From: Myxococcales bacterium
GTDB lineage: Bacteria > Myxococcota_A > UBA9042
DNA: 41,482 nt
Direction: 5' to 3'
NCBI GenBank assembly: GCA_037441385.1
Contig: JBBISH010000048.1
Span: 1 to 41,482 of the forward strand
Positions within the stretch are counted from its first letter, which is position 1, and every line of letters starts with the position of its first letter. Shown piece after piece: positions 1-8,124 of this stretch. The notes beneath the pieces were generated by a model. It was given only the letters and a program-made list of their open reading frames with translations. It ran no database searches and had not been told where the DNA came from. The position numbers and the translations under genes were made by a program.

Positions 1-493
1 TACCACGCCGCCGCCGCTGGCGGGCTGGATCCTGCGGAGCGAGGGGCGCTTGCCGCTGCCGTGGCTGGGCTTTGTCGCGGCGGGGGCGCTGCTGGCGCGG
101 GCGCCGCTGGCGGTGGGCCCTGGGCCGGTGCGGGTTGGGCGGCTGGTCGTCGGCCTGGCGGGGCACGCCGCGATTGCGCTGCGGACGCCGGGGTCACCGC
201 GCTTTGACGATTTCTGGTGCTCGCTGGCGATGCCGGGGTCGCTGCTGGCCTTTTTGCTGTGGGCGCCGGTGCTGCTGACCTGGCTCTGGGAGCGGCGGCC
301 CGGCGTGTGGCTTGCGGCGATTGGGCGCAATTCCCTAGCGATCTACCTCAGTCACGTGCTGTTCCTGCGGCAGGGCTGGGCGATCGGCGCGCCGCTCGGG
401 CTAGGGCCGGGGCTGACGATCGCGGCGCTGACGATGGCCGCGGGCTGCGCGATGTATCTACCTATACATAATCGACTTTTTGCTCAGCCGTGA
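1..493 (+). CDS. Membrane protein, acyltransferase/DUF1624-like (5' truncated by window edge)
   Basis: Frame open from the left edge; hydrophobic; PLPWLGF and IGRNSLAIYLSH resemble motifs of membrane acyltransferase/DUF1624 proteins. Confidence 0.5.
   Translation, partial: TTPPPLAGWILRSEGRLPLPWLGFVAAGALLARAPLAVGPGPVRVGRLVVGLAGHAAIALRTPGSPRFDDFWCSLAMPGSLLAFLLWAPVLLTWLWERRPGVWLAAIGRNSLAIYLSHVLFLRQGWAIGAPLGLGPGLTIAALTMAAGCAMYLPIHNRLFAQP
461..488 (-). other. dif-like XerC/XerD recombination site (11-6-11)
   Basis: Minus strand GCTGAGCAAAA-AGTCGA-TTATGTATAGG vs E. coli dif GGTGCGCATAA-TGTATA-TTATGTTAAAT (8/11, 3/6, 7/11); AT-rich patch at a convergent gene junction. Confidence 0.4.
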
Positions 494-1329
494 CCCTTCG
501 CCTTGAGCCACAACGCCGATCCGTCCATCAGCCAGGCCACCGCGACGTGGATGGTGACGCCGCCCCAGATGCTGCGGGTGTCCATGGCCAGGGTGCCGAG
601 GACGGTGCCAGCCAGGATTGAGCCAAGGCACTCGGGCAGTGGTTTGCCGAAGTGGATCATGCAGTAGGGGATGGACATCGCCAAGATCGCCGACGCGCCC
701 ATGTCCGCGGCCAGACCGCGCAAGATGAAGCCGCGGAAGAAGAATTCAAGGGCAAAAAACTGGATGCCGTAGCCGATCTCCCACGCGATCTGGCCGCCGA
801 CGCCGACGTGCGAGGTGTGGAAGGGGTAGTGCATCTGGAACTCGGGGCTCTGCGCCACGCCGATGACCGATAGCGCCACAGGGAGGAAAAGCAGCGCGTA
901 GATCGGCAAGTGCTTGGCGTAGTCGCGCGGCGCCATGTAGAACTCGCTGAGAGGCAAGCCAAAGACGATGCGCACCACCCCGGCGGGGATGACGACGTAG
1001 CCTTGCTGTTCGTGATCGGCAGCAGAGAGGTTGTCGAGCAGCGGGGCGTAGGGGGCGAGCCAGACGCCCAGGCCATTGTCCAGCGCGAAGGCGGCATCGA
1101 CGGCGGCGGCGGCAAGGCGGGCCTGGACCTGCTGATCCATCACGACAAAACGCAGGGTCACCAGCATCAGCGAGGCCGTGACGGCGGTGATGACGGCGGC
1201 GGTGCGCGCGCCGACTTTGCCGACCCGGGCCTGGCCGCGATCGCGGGCGTCGATGCGCGCCCAGGCCTGGACGAAGAAGGTGTGGAGGATGTGTGCGATG
1301 AGGTTGCGGCGGGGTGCGGTGGCGGTCAT
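484..1329 (-). CDS. CPBP (Abi/CAAX protease) family intramembrane metalloprotease
   Basis: FALEFFFRGF, PYCMIHFGKP and GVTIHVAVAWLMD motifs; multiple TM helices. Confidence 0.85.
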   Translation of the reverse strand: MTATAPRRNLIAHILHTFFVQAWARIDARDRGQARVGKVGARTAAVITAVTASLMLVTLRFVVMDQQVQARLAAAAVDAAFALDNGLGVWLAPYAPLLDNLSAADHEQQGYVVIPAGVVRIVFGLPLSEFYMAPRDYAKHLPIYALLFLPVALSVIGVAQSPEFQMHYPFHTSHVGVGGQIAWEIGYGIQFFALEFFFRGFILRGLAADMGASAILAMSIPYCMIHFGKPLPECLGSILAGTVLGTLAMDTRSIWGGVTIHVAVAWLMDGSALWLKAKGHG

Positions 1330-1748
1330 GGGGCAGGCGGTTTAGCGCGTTTGGCCAGCAAGGTCCAGCAGGCCACGGCGGCGGCCGCGCCGGTCGCGTC
1401 GGCAAGGAGGTCCCACGCGTCGCAGGAGCGCCCAGGGACCCAGCTTTGGTGGATCTCGTCCAGGCCGCCAAAGGCCGTCGCGAACACCCAGGCTTGCAGC
1501 GAGGCCCGGCGGCCGCGCAGGCCCAGCCGCCACAGCGCCCCCAACAGCGCGTAGATCGCCGTATGCACGACCTTGTCCGGCGGCACGACCGCGAGCACGG
1601 CCAGCAGCCAGCCCGGCAGCCCGTCGAGCACAGGCCGCGCCTCGGGCCAGGTCCGCGACGACGACCACCAGATCGTCGCGCTCCAGGCCAGGGCCGGCGC
1701 CAGCCGTAGCCGGATCGCAAGGTTGCGGAGATTCATCTTAGATTTCAT
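1326..1748 (-). CDS. VanZ family protein
   Basis: DKVVHTAIY and DEIHQSWVPGRSCDAWDLLAD; start at 1748 or 1736; 4-nt overlap with the next gene. Confidence 0.85.
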   Translation of the reverse strand: MKSKMNLRNLAIRLRLAPALAWSATIWWSSSRTWPEARPVLDGLPGWLLAVLAVVPPDKVVHTAIYALLGALWRLGLRGRRASLQAWVFATAFGGLDEIHQSWVPGRSCDAWDLLADATGAAAAVACWTLLAKRAKPPAP

Positions 1749-1750
1749 AA

Positions 1751-1778
1751 ATCTGACACAAGGGTGCTTCGTGTCAGA
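1751..1778. repeat. Dispersed motif copy 1 (ATCTGACACAAGGGTGC, 1751-1767) with TCTGACAC-N11-GTGTCAGA dyad
   Basis: Exact 17-mer also at 3842 and 16928; lies between the miaB stop and the vanZ start. Confidence 0.9.
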
Positions 1779-3153
1779 CCAACTGGCCACCCAACGAATT
1801 CTGGCCCACCAGGTCAATCCGCACACGGCCCAGCCGGCCGACGAGCGCCGCGAGCTGATCCGGGGTGTCGACCGGCACGTTGACCTTCAGGTTCTCGGGC
1901 GTGCGCCCCATCACCTGCAGGCCGCGGCTCTCGCGGACCTGGCTGAGCTTGCTCTGCGGCCCGGCCTCGTGCAGACGCGACGGCCCCTCGAACAGCACCT
2001 CGACTTCGCGACCGTGGAAGCCGGCCAGCCACTCGGCCGTCATGGCGTCTTGCACAGCCTGCAACCGCTGAAGACGGCGCTTCTTTTCGGCCAGCGGCAC
2101 GTCATCCTTCAGCTCGGCGGCACGCGTCCCCGGCCGGGCCGAGTACATGAAACTGTACAGGGTGGCGTAGCGCACGCGGTCGAGCAGCTGCATCGTCATC
2201 TCAAAATCGTCAAGCGTCTCGCCGGGAAAGCCGACGATCAGGTCCGTGGACAGCGCCACGTGCGGGGCGATCCGCCGCAGCTTGTCCACCTTTTCCAGGT
2301 AGTCGTCCACGCCGTGGTGGCGCCGCATCCCTGCGAGCACGGCCGGCGAGCCCGACTGAATCGGCAAGTGGAAGAACGGCATTAGCTTTTTGCAGGTGGC
2401 GAAGGCTTCGATCAGCGCGTCCGTGCAGTCCATCGGGTGCGAGGTGGTGAAGCGAATGCGCTCCAGGCCGTCCACCGCCGCGACTTGGTGGATGAGCTCG
2501 GCAAAATCGACCTCGCCCTCGCGATCTTTGCCGTAACTGTTGACGTTTTGACCCAGCAGGGTGACCTCGCGCACCCCTGCGTCGACCAGCAACTGCACCT
2601 CGCGAACCACGTCGGCCGCCGGCTTGCTGACCTCGCGGCCGCGGGTAAAGGGCACGATGCAGAAGCTGCAGACCTTGTTGCAGCCCTTCATCACCGTGAC
2701 CATCGAGGTCACCCGGCCGTCGCTCGGCGCCACGGGCTCGGGGAACGCGTAGTCGCGGCGGTGGACAAAGGCGGTGGCGGCTTGGCGCTGGTTCTGGGCG
2801 CGGCGGGCCTCAACCAGGCCGGGCAACTGCGCAATCTGGTCCGGCCCCACCACCAGATCCAAGTGCGGCAGCTTGTCCAGGAGCTTCTGCCCCTCTTGCT
2901 GCGCCACGCAGCCCGCCATGCCAAGGACGAGATCGGGATTGAATTCTTTGAGCTTCTTCCACACACCCAGCAGCGACGTGACCTTGTGCTCGACTTTGTC
3001 GCGCACGGAACAGGTGTTCACGATGGCCAAGTCAGCGCGCTCGACCTCGCTGGTGGGCACATAACCCGCTGACGCCAAAGCCTCTTGCATCCGCTCGGTG
3101 TCGTACACGTTCATCTGGCAGCCCATCGTCTCGATGTAGACATGGCGCTGCAT
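1774..3153 (-). CDS. miaB: tRNA-2-methylthio-N6-dimethylallyladenosine synthase MiaB
   Basis: ETMGCQMNVYD, NTCSVR, GCNKVCSFCIVP (CxxxCxxC), LLGQNVNSY, RIRFTTSHP, C-terminal TRAM domain; alternative start 3234. Confidence 0.95.
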   Translation of the reverse strand: MQRHVYIETMGCQMNVYDTERMQEALASAGYVPTSEVERADLAIVNTCSVRDKVEHKVTSLLGVWKKLKEFNPDLVLGMAGCVAQQEGQKLLDKLPHLDLVVGPDQIAQLPGLVEARRAQNQRQAATAFVHRRDYAFPEPVAPSDGRVTSMVTVMKGCNKVCSFCIVPFTRGREVSKPAADVVREVQLLVDAGVREVTLLGQNVNSYGKDREGEVDFAELIHQVAAVDGLERIRFTTSHPMDCTDALIEAFATCKKLMPFFHLPIQSGSPAVLAGMRRHHGVDDYLEKVDKLRRIAPHVALSTDLIVGFPGETLDDFEMTMQLLDRVRYATLYSFMYSARPGTRAAELKDDVPLAEKKRRLQRLQAVQDAMTAEWLAGFHGREVEVLFEGPSRLHEAGPQSKLSQVRESRGLQVMGRTPENLKVNVPVDTPDQLAALVGRLGRVRIDLVGQNSLGGQLV

Positions 3154-3290
3154 CTGGCTGCCGATCCCCTCCAACTCCGCCTGAGCGTGAGCCTTTTGGG
3201 CAATCGAAAGGGAACTGGCTCCGGTCAAAGTCATGGCGCGGCCGTTGGCGGGCAGCGAGCCCGCGCAGAAAGTTTTGCTAGTTCGGTAGG

Positions 3291-3839
3291 TTAGAGACCA
3301 CCCAGGCTGGGATCGTGCAGCGTCCAGGCATAGCCCTCGAACCGCATCGCGACCTTGCGCTTGTGGCCGGCGCCGTCGCCGATCTCCAGATCCTGAGCAA
3401 CGACGCGGTCGTCCGCCGCAGTCGCCACCAGTTGCAGCGTCTTCAGGTCGGCCAGGGCGAACACGACCACCGGGTCGAAGGGCGCCGCCTGGTCCAGCGC
3501 GGTCCCCTTGTCGGTCGCTCGCGGCAACTTCTTGAGCAGCAACAGGTCTTGCCCCTTGAGCCCAGCCAACTGCGCCCGCTTGACCAGGGCCGCCCGCGTA
3601 TCGCTGGACAGCTGCCCCCAGGCCGCCGCCACGTCGCCGCGCCGCATCGCCGCCACAAACCGCTGGCAGCCGTCGACCGCCGGGTGGGTGCGCCGGCTGA
3701 CGGACACGGTGTGGGCCTTGACGCTCGCCGGCTCGCCCTGCAGCTCCTCGAGCTGGGCGCCGCCACAACTGGCTGCCGCAAGGCCCAGAACCAGCAGCGC
3801 GGGCCGTGCAGAAAATCGCAAATTCGTAAGTATCATCAT
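3291..3839 (-). CDS. Hypothetical lipoprotein
   Basis: Signal peptide ending LAAASC; typical codon usage; start at 3839 or 3836. Confidence 0.65.
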   Translation of the reverse strand: MMILTNLRFSARPALLVLGLAAASCGGAQLEELQGEPASVKAHTVSVSRRTHPAVDGCQRFVAAMRRGDVAAAWGQLSSDTRAALVKRAQLAGLKGQDLLLLKKLPRATDKGTALDQAAPFDPVVVFALADLKTLQLVATAADDRVVAQDLEIGDGAGHKRKVAMRFEGYAWTLHDPSLGGL

Positions 3840-3841
3840 AG

Positions 3842-3858
3842 ATCTGACACAAGGGTGC
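3842..3858. repeat. Dispersed motif copy 2
   Basis: Exact ATCTGACACAAGGGTGC; 2 nt from the ATG of the minus-strand lipoprotein gene. Confidence 0.9.
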
Positions 3859-3887
3859 ATTGGGGAGATGCTGTGTGGGGATGCGGG

Positions 3888-5744
3888 CTAGAAACCGGGC
3901 TGGCGGGTGGCCGTGAAATCGCCCTTGAACGCCTTGCCGGCCGCGCCCTGGACGTTGATGGTGCCCGTCCACACGCCGTCGGTGAGCTTGTCGACCTTCA
4001 GGTCATCGTTGTTGTCTTCCATCATGCACTTGCCGGTGAGCGACAAGTTCGAATCCAGGGCCAGGCCGCCGATGTACTGCTCCAGTGGCAGCACCAACAG
4101 GCTGACGGTGGTGTCGCAGAAGCCCTTCACCGTCGACTCCGACAGGCCCAGCTTGCCCAGGATCGAGTTGCCGATGCCCGAGGCGATGCCGGCGCAGTTC
4201 ACCAGTTTCTGCATGGCGCCGATGAACGTCGTCTCGCCCGTGATCTTCTTGAGGACCACCTGGGTCAGGACGAACAGGATGAGTTTGCCGTAGTTGAGCT
4301 TGATGGTCGACGAGTCGATCGACAGCTTCTTCTGCTCAGACACCGAGCCCGTCAGCGTCCCCGAGAAGAAGTCGAGCGGGAAGTTCGGGTCCGTAGAGGC
4401 CTTGGAGGCATCGAGCGAGAACTTGCCACAATCCGCGTAGTTCGGATCGTTCTTGTCGCAACCCAGCTTCCAGTACAGGTTGACGCCGGTGAAATCGATC
4501 TCACCCTTGATGAAGAAGTCGTTGGTGACCTTGTAGATCTTGAGGACGCCAATCATCTCGAGCTTCTTGACGATCTGCATCACGTCCTGGCCCATCTGGA
4601 AGAAGCTCTGCAGCCAGGGCGGGCTCTTGTTGAGCAGCCAGTCCGTCACGACCTTGCTCAGCGCGTCCTCGAACAGCCCGAACGCCGCGTCGACGACGAT
4701 CGACGGCAGCACCTGCTTGACCAGATTCTTGACTTGAGCAATCAGGAAGGCGCCGGGATCATAGAAGATCTGCACGGCCGTATCGAGGATCTGCCCCAAC
4801 TGCCCAGGGATCGCCCCGGTGAAGTCGAAGTGGTTGATCATGTCGTACGGGCCCGCCGCCTGCAGCGGCAAAGTGGCCAGCGACACGGTCACTTCGGTGG
4901 TCTGCTTGTCGATGACCAGCACGGCGTCCGCACAGCCCGCCGCCGCCAGGTGACCCGCTAGGTCCTTGCCGATCACGTAGACGCCGTACTTCTTGTCTGC
5001 CGGAAGCGGCGTAAATTCAGGCGTATCCGTCAAGATCGTCGTCTGGCTGCCCACCCAGCCCTCGCTGGGGTACACCGGCTTGAAGCCGACGCAGGCAAAC
5101 GGCGACGGCATCACGCGCACGGTGACCTGGCCCAGCGAAACCTGGTTGTCGTACAGCATCTTGACCTTGATGCCGCCCTTGGGGTTGTCGGTGACGGAGA
5201 TGACCACGTCGACCGGATCGGCGGCCTCGCAGCTCACCCGCAGCTTGTAGTCGACCGCGGGGCTTTTGTTCGCGTCAAAGACGTTGCCGGTCAGGCCCGC
5301 ACCATCCGTGAAGGTGTTCGCCGAGTCCAGGGCGCCCGCGCCGGGGCCGTTCATCCCGTTGTTTTCAATGATCTCCCACATCACCGCCACGCCGTCGGCC
5401 GGGCCGCCGTGGGTGTAGTCGATGACCTTGGCGTAGATCGGCAGCTTCCCGCTGGGCGCGAGCATCTGCACGACCTGGGTGTTCAGCATCAGGATGATCT
5501 CGCGTTTGAGCGGGATATCCGCCTGTTCTCCGGCGTCGGGCGTGTTGTCCACGTCGCCGATCGGCGCGGTGTCGCTGACCTTGACGTCCTTCTTGGTGTT
5601 GAGGTTGCCGCCGTCGCCAAATAGCCCGGCGTCGGGGTAGACCACCGTGCCGACCTGGAGCGTGTCGCTGCAAGCCTGGGTGCCAAACGCGAGGAGGAGC
5701 CACCAGGCGATCGGCCAGACTACTCGGCGGACATGGGCCAACAT
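3888..5744 (-). CDS. Large secreted lipoprotein, probable Ig-like domains and disulfides (myxobacterial type)
   Basis: Signal peptide ending GTQAC; GAGGT RBS; strong coding bias; paired cysteines. Confidence 0.75.
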   Translation of the reverse strand: MLAHVRRVVWPIAWWLLLAFGTQACSDTLQVGTVVYPDAGLFGDGGNLNTKKDVKVSDTAPIGDVDNTPDAGEQADIPLKREIILMLNTQVVQMLAPSGKLPIYAKVIDYTHGGPADGVAVMWEIIENNGMNGPGAGALDSANTFTDGAGLTGNVFDANKSPAVDYKLRVSCEAADPVDVVISVTDNPKGGIKVKMLYDNQVSLGQVTVRVMPSPFACVGFKPVYPSEGWVGSQTTILTDTPEFTPLPADKKYGVYVIGKDLAGHLAAAGCADAVLVIDKQTTEVTVSLATLPLQAAGPYDMINHFDFTGAIPGQLGQILDTAVQIFYDPGAFLIAQVKNLVKQVLPSIVVDAAFGLFEDALSKVVTDWLLNKSPPWLQSFFQMGQDVMQIVKKLEMIGVLKIYKVTNDFFIKGEIDFTGVNLYWKLGCDKNDPNYADCGKFSLDASKASTDPNFPLDFFSGTLTGSVSEQKKLSIDSSTIKLNYGKLILFVLTQVVLKKITGETTFIGAMQKLVNCAGIASGIGNSILGKLGLSESTVKGFCDTTVSLLVLPLEQYIGGLALDSNLSLTGKCMMEDNNDDLKVDKLTDGVWTGTINVQGAAGKAFKGDFTATRQPGF

Positions 5745-5834
5745 CGCAACCTCGCAGCGAATTGCCGAGTCATCTCGGCCTGGGTCGGCGCCATCGCACA
5801 CGGGTGGCTGGGGCGCACGCAAGAACCCACCCTG

Positions 5835-5862
5835 AGCATACGGCAAATCGGCCGGTTTTCAA
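5835..5862 (-). promoter_or_regulatory. Putative sigma70 promoter of the leftward gene cluster
   Basis: TTGAAA-N16-TATGCT on the minus strand, about 90 nt upstream of the 5744 start. Confidence 0.45.
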
Positions 5863-5907
5863 TGCCGAACCGCGAGCGAAGGCGACGGCGGGGACTGCGG
5901 TTTTGGG

Positions 5908-5936
5908 TTGACCGCCCCGGACCGCGGGCGTACCAT
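5908..5936 (+). promoter_or_regulatory. Putative sigma70 promoter of rpsA
   Basis: TTGACC-N17-TACCAT, 110 nt upstream of rpsA. Confidence 0.65.
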
Positions 5937-6046
5937 ACCGCGCCCCTGAACAGGGCATTTGGCCGGTCTCGCGAATTCTTCAAGCAGCGCAGCGCCCCTC
6001 ACGTCGAGGTGGCCGCGCGCGAGCGGTCGAGAGCAAAGGAAAGAAT

Positions 6047-7738
6047 ATGTCCGCAAATACGCAAGGTTTCATGATCGACGAGGATTTTGAGAAAGCATTT
6101 CTCGAGTGGGAAAAGCAGCAGAACGTGATCGAGGGCGAGATCGTTCGCGGCAAGGTCCTGTCGGTCAACAAGGACTTCGTGATCGTCGACATCGCCTACA
6201 AGAGCGAAGGTCAGATCCCGCTGGCTGAATTCACCGAACACGACGGTTCGATCAGCGTCCAGCCGGGCGACGAGATCGACGTCTACGTCGAGAACCGCGA
6301 GAACGACAACGGCCTGGTCGAGCTGAGCAAAGAGAAGGCCGACCGCCTGCGTATTTGGGACGAGATCGCCGAAGCCTGCGAGAACGAAGAGCTCGTCGAA
6401 GGCGTCATCACCGGTCGCGTCAAGGGCGGCCTCACGGTCGACATCGGCGTCAAGGCGTTCCTGCCCGGCAGCCAGGTCGATCTGCGCCCGGTCCGCAACC
6501 TCGAGAAGTACATCGGCCAGCGCTTCCACTTCAAGGTCATCAAGTTCAACAAGAAGCGCGGCAACATCGTCCTGAGCCGTCGCGCCCTGCTGGAGAAGCA
6601 GCGCGAGGCCCTGAAGAGCCAGACCCTCGGCAAGCTCGAAGTGGGCATGGTGGTCGACGGCATCGTCAAGAACATCACCGATTACGGTGCGTTCATCGAC
6701 CTGGGCGGCATCGACGGCCTGCTGCACATCACCGACATGAGCTACGCGCGGGTCAACCACCCCAGCGAACTGTTCGAAGTCGGCCAGGAAGTGAAGGTCA
6801 AGGTCCTGAAGTACGACCCGGATCGCGAGCGCGTGAGCCTGGGCCTGAAGCAGAACTTCGAGGATCCGTGGCTGACGATCGAGCAGAAGTACCACGTGGG
6901 CATGCGCGTCAAGGGCAAGGTCGTGAGCCTGGCCGATTACGGCGCGTTCATCGAGCTGGAGGGCGGCGTCGAGGGCCTGATCCACATCAGCGAGATGTCG
7001 TGGACCAAGCGCGTCAAGCACCCCTCCAAGGTTTTGTCCATCGGCGACGACGTCGAGGCGCAGATCCTGGACATCGATCAGCGCAACAAGAAGATCTCGC
7101 TGGGCATGAAGCAGATCGAGCAGAACCCGTGGGACGTGCTGGCCCAGACCTACCCGGTCGGCAGCAAGGTCAAGGGCGTGGTCCGCAACATCACCAACTT
7201 CGGCATCTTCATCGGCATCGAAGACGGCATCGACGGCCTGTGCCACGTGACCGACCTGAGCTGGTCGCACAAGGTCAAGCACCCGCAGGACATCTACAAG
7301 AAGGGCGACGAGCTCGAGGCGGTGGTCCTGGCCATCGACCCCGACAAGGAGCGCTTCAGCCTGGGTATCAAGCAGTTGCAGTCGGATCCGTGGTCCGAAG
7401 TGCAGCGCAAGTACGGCCGCGGCTCGTGCCACGAGGGCAAGGTCGCCAAGATCTTGGACTTCGGCGCGATCGTCGAGCTGGACGACTACATCGAGGGCTT
7501 CCTGCACATCAGCGAAATCGCCGAGGAGAAGGTCGACAACATCCACAACGCGCTGAAGGAAGGCCAGACCGTCAAGGTCAAGGTCATCTCGGTCATCCCC
7601 GAGGAGCGCAAGCTGGGCCTGTCGATCAAGCGGGTGGACAACGATGACGACGAGTCGTCGTTTGAGAACCCGACGGCTGGCGCGACGACGATTGGGGACT
7701 TGGTTCGCGAGAAGTTCGGGAACTTGAAGCTGAACTAG
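6047..7738 (+). CDS. rpsA: 30S ribosomal protein S1
   Basis: Repeated S1 domains (AFLPGSQVD, GAFIDLGGIDGLLHITDMS, GLIHISEMSW); AAGGA RBS; highly biased codons. Confidence 0.97.
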   Translation: MSANTQGFMIDEDFEKAFLEWEKQQNVIEGEIVRGKVLSVNKDFVIVDIAYKSEGQIPLAEFTEHDGSISVQPGDEIDVYVENRENDNGLVELSKEKADRLRIWDEIAEACENEELVEGVITGRVKGGLTVDIGVKAFLPGSQVDLRPVRNLEKYIGQRFHFKVIKFNKKRGNIVLSRRALLEKQREALKSQTLGKLEVGMVVDGIVKNITDYGAFIDLGGIDGLLHITDMSYARVNHPSELFEVGQEVKVKVLKYDPDRERVSLGLKQNFEDPWLTIEQKYHVGMRVKGKVVSLADYGAFIELEGGVEGLIHISEMSWTKRVKHPSKVLSIGDDVEAQILDIDQRNKKISLGMKQIEQNPWDVLAQTYPVGSKVKGVVRNITNFGIFIGIEDGIDGLCHVTDLSWSHKVKHPQDIYKKGDELEAVVLAIDPDKERFSLGIKQLQSDPWSEVQRKYGRGSCHEGKVAKILDFGAIVELDDYIEGFLHISEIAEEKVDNIHNALKEGQTVKVKVISVIPEERKLGLSIKRVDNDDDESSFENPTAGATTIGDLVREKFGNLKLN

Positions 7739-7747
7739 TTCAGCTTC
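7726..7747. repeat. Perfect 22-bp palindrome over the rpsA stop codon
   Basis: GAAGCTGAACTAGTTCAGCTTC is self-complementary. Confidence 0.9.
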
Positions 7748-7857
7748 GCGTTCGCCGTAACGCCGCCTCACACCCCGCCGGCTACGCCGGCAGCCTCCCC
7801 GCTCGCCCGGAGTCCACTGGACTCCGGGCGTGGCGCTTTTTGGCGCCACCGCGGGGT

Positions 7858-7895
7858 CCCCTTCTCCAACGCACTGGAGAGAGGGGCTTTCTTTT
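7858..7895 (+). terminator. Rho-independent terminator after rpsA
   Basis: CCCCTTCTCCA-ACGCAC-TGGAGAGAGGGG stem followed by CTTTCTTTT. Confidence 0.7.
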
Positions 7896-8124
7896 CGGGG
7901 GTTCGGGTGGGGTCGATTTGTGCGCGAAGTGCGGCGGTGGGGCACGGCGTGATGTCGCGCCTGTTCGGCAAGTTCAAGAAGGCGCGCAAATTGGCAGAGT
8001 TGCTGATTTGCGGCAGCCTTAGATCGGTGGCCCGACCTGCTGCTCGCCAGCGAGGCACGGCCAACCTGGCGCAAATTCGCCAAATCTCTAAAGGTGTTGT
8101 GCAGCCCAGGGCCCGGTCAGCGCC

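Noticed and set aside
1754..1767. Motif core TGACACAAGGGTGC as a sigma54 promoter
   Set aside because: It has GA instead of the invariant GG and is one base too short between the -24 and -12 elements
7730..7744. CTGAACTAGTTCAG as a Myxococcus-type LexA box
   Set aside because: The half-sites are 2 nt apart rather than 4, and it lies at a gene 3' end
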